From assembly GCA_000934665.2 (NCBI GenBank), contig KZ538459.1, forward strand, positions 1-64,000: 64,000 bases of DNA. Direction: 5' to 3'. The DNA comes from Catajapyx aquilonaris (taxonomy: Eukaryota). The notes under the pieces were generated by a model. The model was not told where the DNA came from and ran no database searches. It worked only from the letters and a program-made list of their open reading frames with translations. The position numbers and the translations under genes are program-made. Position 1 is the stretch's first letter; each line of letters opens with the position of its first letter. Shown in pieces: positions 60,862-64,000 of this stretch.

Positions 60862-63147
60862 GTTAGTGCAGTAAGGGGCCTGCAGGTACAAGCAGAATTG
60901 TAAGCAAAGGTGACATTCTTAATTTTCGTGAACTGTGTGTGGATTTTCCATTAGAACTTGTGTGAGGTACTGACAAAGTTGTGTTCTATAGTCATAAAAA
61001 TATGAGCTGAGGTGTCTCGTTGTAGTGGCAGTGGTAATGTTTTTAAAATGTACTGTAGCGTTGCTACTTAGTTTTCAGTTACTGCAGTGCCTCCAATACA
61101 CAGACAGTGCTTTTGAAAACTATGGTGCTTATCTGAGTATTGGAATTCTGTAATATTCTTAGGCCAAGTTCATGCAAATAGGATTTGTGTCAGAATAAAG
61201 GGTGTTGGTGGGTTTCTGTAAAGTCATTACCATGAATACTTGTGTGAAACGTTTGCACATAGGTGTTCCAGTCATCGAGTAAGCTCAGTATGCGGCAGTC
61301 AAAACTGACAAGAAAACATGAGATAATCTTTGTTCTCTTCAGGTTCTATTAAAATATGTACATGATTGAAATCATACATACACACATACATCACAATGTA
61401 TTTTATTATTACCCCGTGCTCAAGCCATTCGGCTCGTTTTGGGGGGAGGGGAAGGTTCCCAAGGGGGGGCATCCTCGGTTTATAGTCACTCACGACTCTC
61501 TCAGATACACCAGACCTTTTCTCTGGCCCCGGGCAGCTAAGGGAGTGCAATACTGCCCCGGCGTGTCGGGTGAAAAGCGGAAACATCACAATGTATTTGT
61601 ATAAGGGGTAATCAGCATGAAGAAGGAGATGAAATTAACCCCAATTAGGAGGTAAAACGTTACACGCATCTATAGCAATAAAACTTGTGATGATGATGAT
61701 GATGGAAGCCGTGATGCTGTCAGTTGGAAGGTTGATTGCCACGACTACAATGTGTCTGTGTTCACCTCTTCCTAGACACCCTAGAGAGATAGATCACTCT
61801 CATGACCCATTCTTTTTGTGTTCACCCCGGCTCCCCTTGTCAGTAGAGATGCCCAATGAATTCACAGTTGAAGCCAAATGTTTTCCACTTCATCTCACAT
61901 TTAGAGTAAAATTTATAAGAATATACAAAGAGAATTGATGGATATGCCTGAACAAGCATTTGTGGAACTGTACATTGGCAAAACTTGAATAGAAAATTAA
62001 GGAACATTGGATACTGGCACAGGCAAAATGTAGACTCATAAATTTTGAAAAGTACATTGGCTACGTGACTCTACAAAGAGCTGTAACATCAACTTATTGC
62101 TAGGATGTTTGGTGTGGGGGTTGCCAGATGATTTTGGAGATAATACCAGTAATTGTGTGCCTATTGGCATGTGGCTGAGACTGCTTTAGGTCTCCAACAA
62201 TGGATGCTGATGCAGGAGATGAAAGCGAAGAGGGTGATGGGAAAGAGGTGTCAGGTGAAACAAGCTGGGACAGCTTTTCATTGGGCAAACAGGAGACATC
62301 ACATTAGGGGGCAGCAGGCACAGGGCTTGTGTGGCTCAGAACATGGAAACGGGACTACATGGACCCTGTTTCTGCAAACAGAACACTCTGGCAGATCCTT
62401 CAGATTCAGACGGAAACTAGTGCTAAAACTGCCCAAGTGTAAACTGCTTATCTGCTTCCTTGATAACACCATCAATGCTGTCCACTCCCTCCCCCCCATA
62501 GATTTAGTTTTAGAATTAACCAACTAGGGCATGGAACAAATTGACGTGTTAACTGATTATGTAATGATTTAGCAGCATGCATTTTGTAGTGGCATTACAC
62601 ATATGATCATGAGTATTAAGCTCTATGGTTTTATATGGAAAATGATTGTGTGTAGTCACTAGTAAATAGATTAGGTGTAGACATGGTATTATTGTAGTGT
62701 TTAACCCTCAGAATAACAAAACTTAATGCCAGTTTGTTCAGTAATTGCAACCTAATGAGAGGTATCCTTTTCCTGTTGTTGGTTATTGGCAGGTATTTCC
62801 TACCTCAGTGGCCAGATCTCAGATGCCAGATGATACCTCTTCCATCTCTTGTATATAGCAAAGCCAAGAAAATGCAGTAATAATACTTTTATAATTATTA
62901 TGATTGATTTAATTATTCCGATGGGATTATTCTTCTTTTAATTTATTTCATAATTTTCAATTTTACCTTCCATCCCTAACAATTGAAGGGGTCAGTGCAA
63001 TACTGCCCTAACCCACCAAATGACACAAATTGTGGTAAGCACACTTCCATATACTACACTCATGTATCTAATAAAATCCATTGAAATTGTGCAGTTTCTG
63101 CCATCGGTCACTGAGAAATCAAATGAAATAAGTTACATGGTATATGG

Positions 63148-63401
63148 CTGGCGACACGGTGGCGGAGTGGTTAGCTCCGCACCCTTCCACCTCTGAGGTC
63201 CCGAGTTTGATCCCCGGGTCGGACGGAGGATTCTTATGGGGATAGAGTTTTGATGGGTTCTCTCCGTGTTCGCGTGGGTTTTCTCGGGGTTCTCCCGTTT
63301 CCTCCCGCTATCAAAATCCATCACAGCGCAGGCAATGATTAAAGTCAGTTAAATAAAAGATGATCCCCTAAGAGGCCCAAGGAGGCCTAGCACGGAGTAT
63401 C

Positions 63402-63452
<51 letters not shown>
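63148..63452 (+). mobile_element. V-domain-type tRNA SINE with (ATT)n tail
   Basis: A-box TGGCGGAGTGG, B-like GTTTGATCCC, central GTTCTCTCCGTGTTCGCGTGGGTTTTCTCGGGGTTCTCCCGTTTCCTCCC; TSD GTATATGG. It sits inside an older inverted-repeat pair (~62953-63020 / ~63495-63568). Confidence 0.85.
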
Positions 63453-64000
63453 GTATATGGTCTCTCAAACGTTCAACTGCAGTTTTCTCAAAATCAGGTT
63501 TGGTTAGGGTTAGGGCAGCATTGCACCGACCCCTTCAATTGTGTGGGAAGGGATGTAAAATTGAAAATAAAAACTGATGGGTTTATTGGTGTTGATATGT
63601 TTTTGTGGTTCTTTACCAGCCATTACGGTAATGATTAGATGTGCCAGATGAGCAATATGTATCTAGAATTTCCCTGTAAACACTGTCAATGAAAGATTCA
63701 GTGTCACTTTTGCCATGATGGCAACAAAGCCTTTTTGGCATATAGAAGAAGCATAAATGAATCTTTAAATTATATCTCTGCCACCACTTGATCACATGCC
63801 TAGCTCTGCATAGTTCACTGTTCCAATATCACTTGACTGAACCTTCTCCATGGCTACTTTTCAAGAAAATTTGATGCAGAAATATGAGCAAGTAAATTGT
63901 GACAACACCACATAAGTGTGCACTACCTTTTGTTACCCTTTACCATTAGCCTCGATACCAGGGGTTGAAATATTAGGATGTAAAGGTGCCATTTGCACTC

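Noticed and set aside
63502..63513. TTAGGG telomeric repeat
   Set aside because: Only two units, and part of a MITE arm.

Overview
Intron-containing eukaryotic DNA from a draft assembly with N-gaps. It is most likely an arthropod or insect, inferred from a DRE motif at a promoter, tRNA-derived SINEs and a DUF4728-type gene. Genes reconstructed by hand from splice sites and reading frame: 3' part of TSG101 (+), TMEM258 (+), GALK2 (-), an unidentified coiled-coil/Ser-rich gene (+), a four-TM DUF4728/LAPTM-like gene (+), ILK (+) and TAF11 (-). There is also an orphan first exon resembling ABHD1/3 (-) and the probable start of another gene (+) after 60.4 kb. Introns and intergenic DNA are packed with non-autonomous DNA transposons (Tc1/mariner, Tigger/pogo, piggyBac-like, hAT, Sola2-like), many of them near-perfect foldbacks and often nested, plus several SINE families with target-site duplications (TSDs). 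I see no clearly new multi-gene system. The most interesting points are the ILK/TAF11 tail-to-tail overlap (mirroring human ILK/TAF10), possible nesting of TSG101 inside an ABHD-like gene, a SINE that duplicated a splice-acceptor region, GC-AG and stop-free in-frame introns, composite and foldback MITEs, and CTCF-like motifs in promoters and in a MITE. Family assignments come from recalled motifs; no database searches were run.
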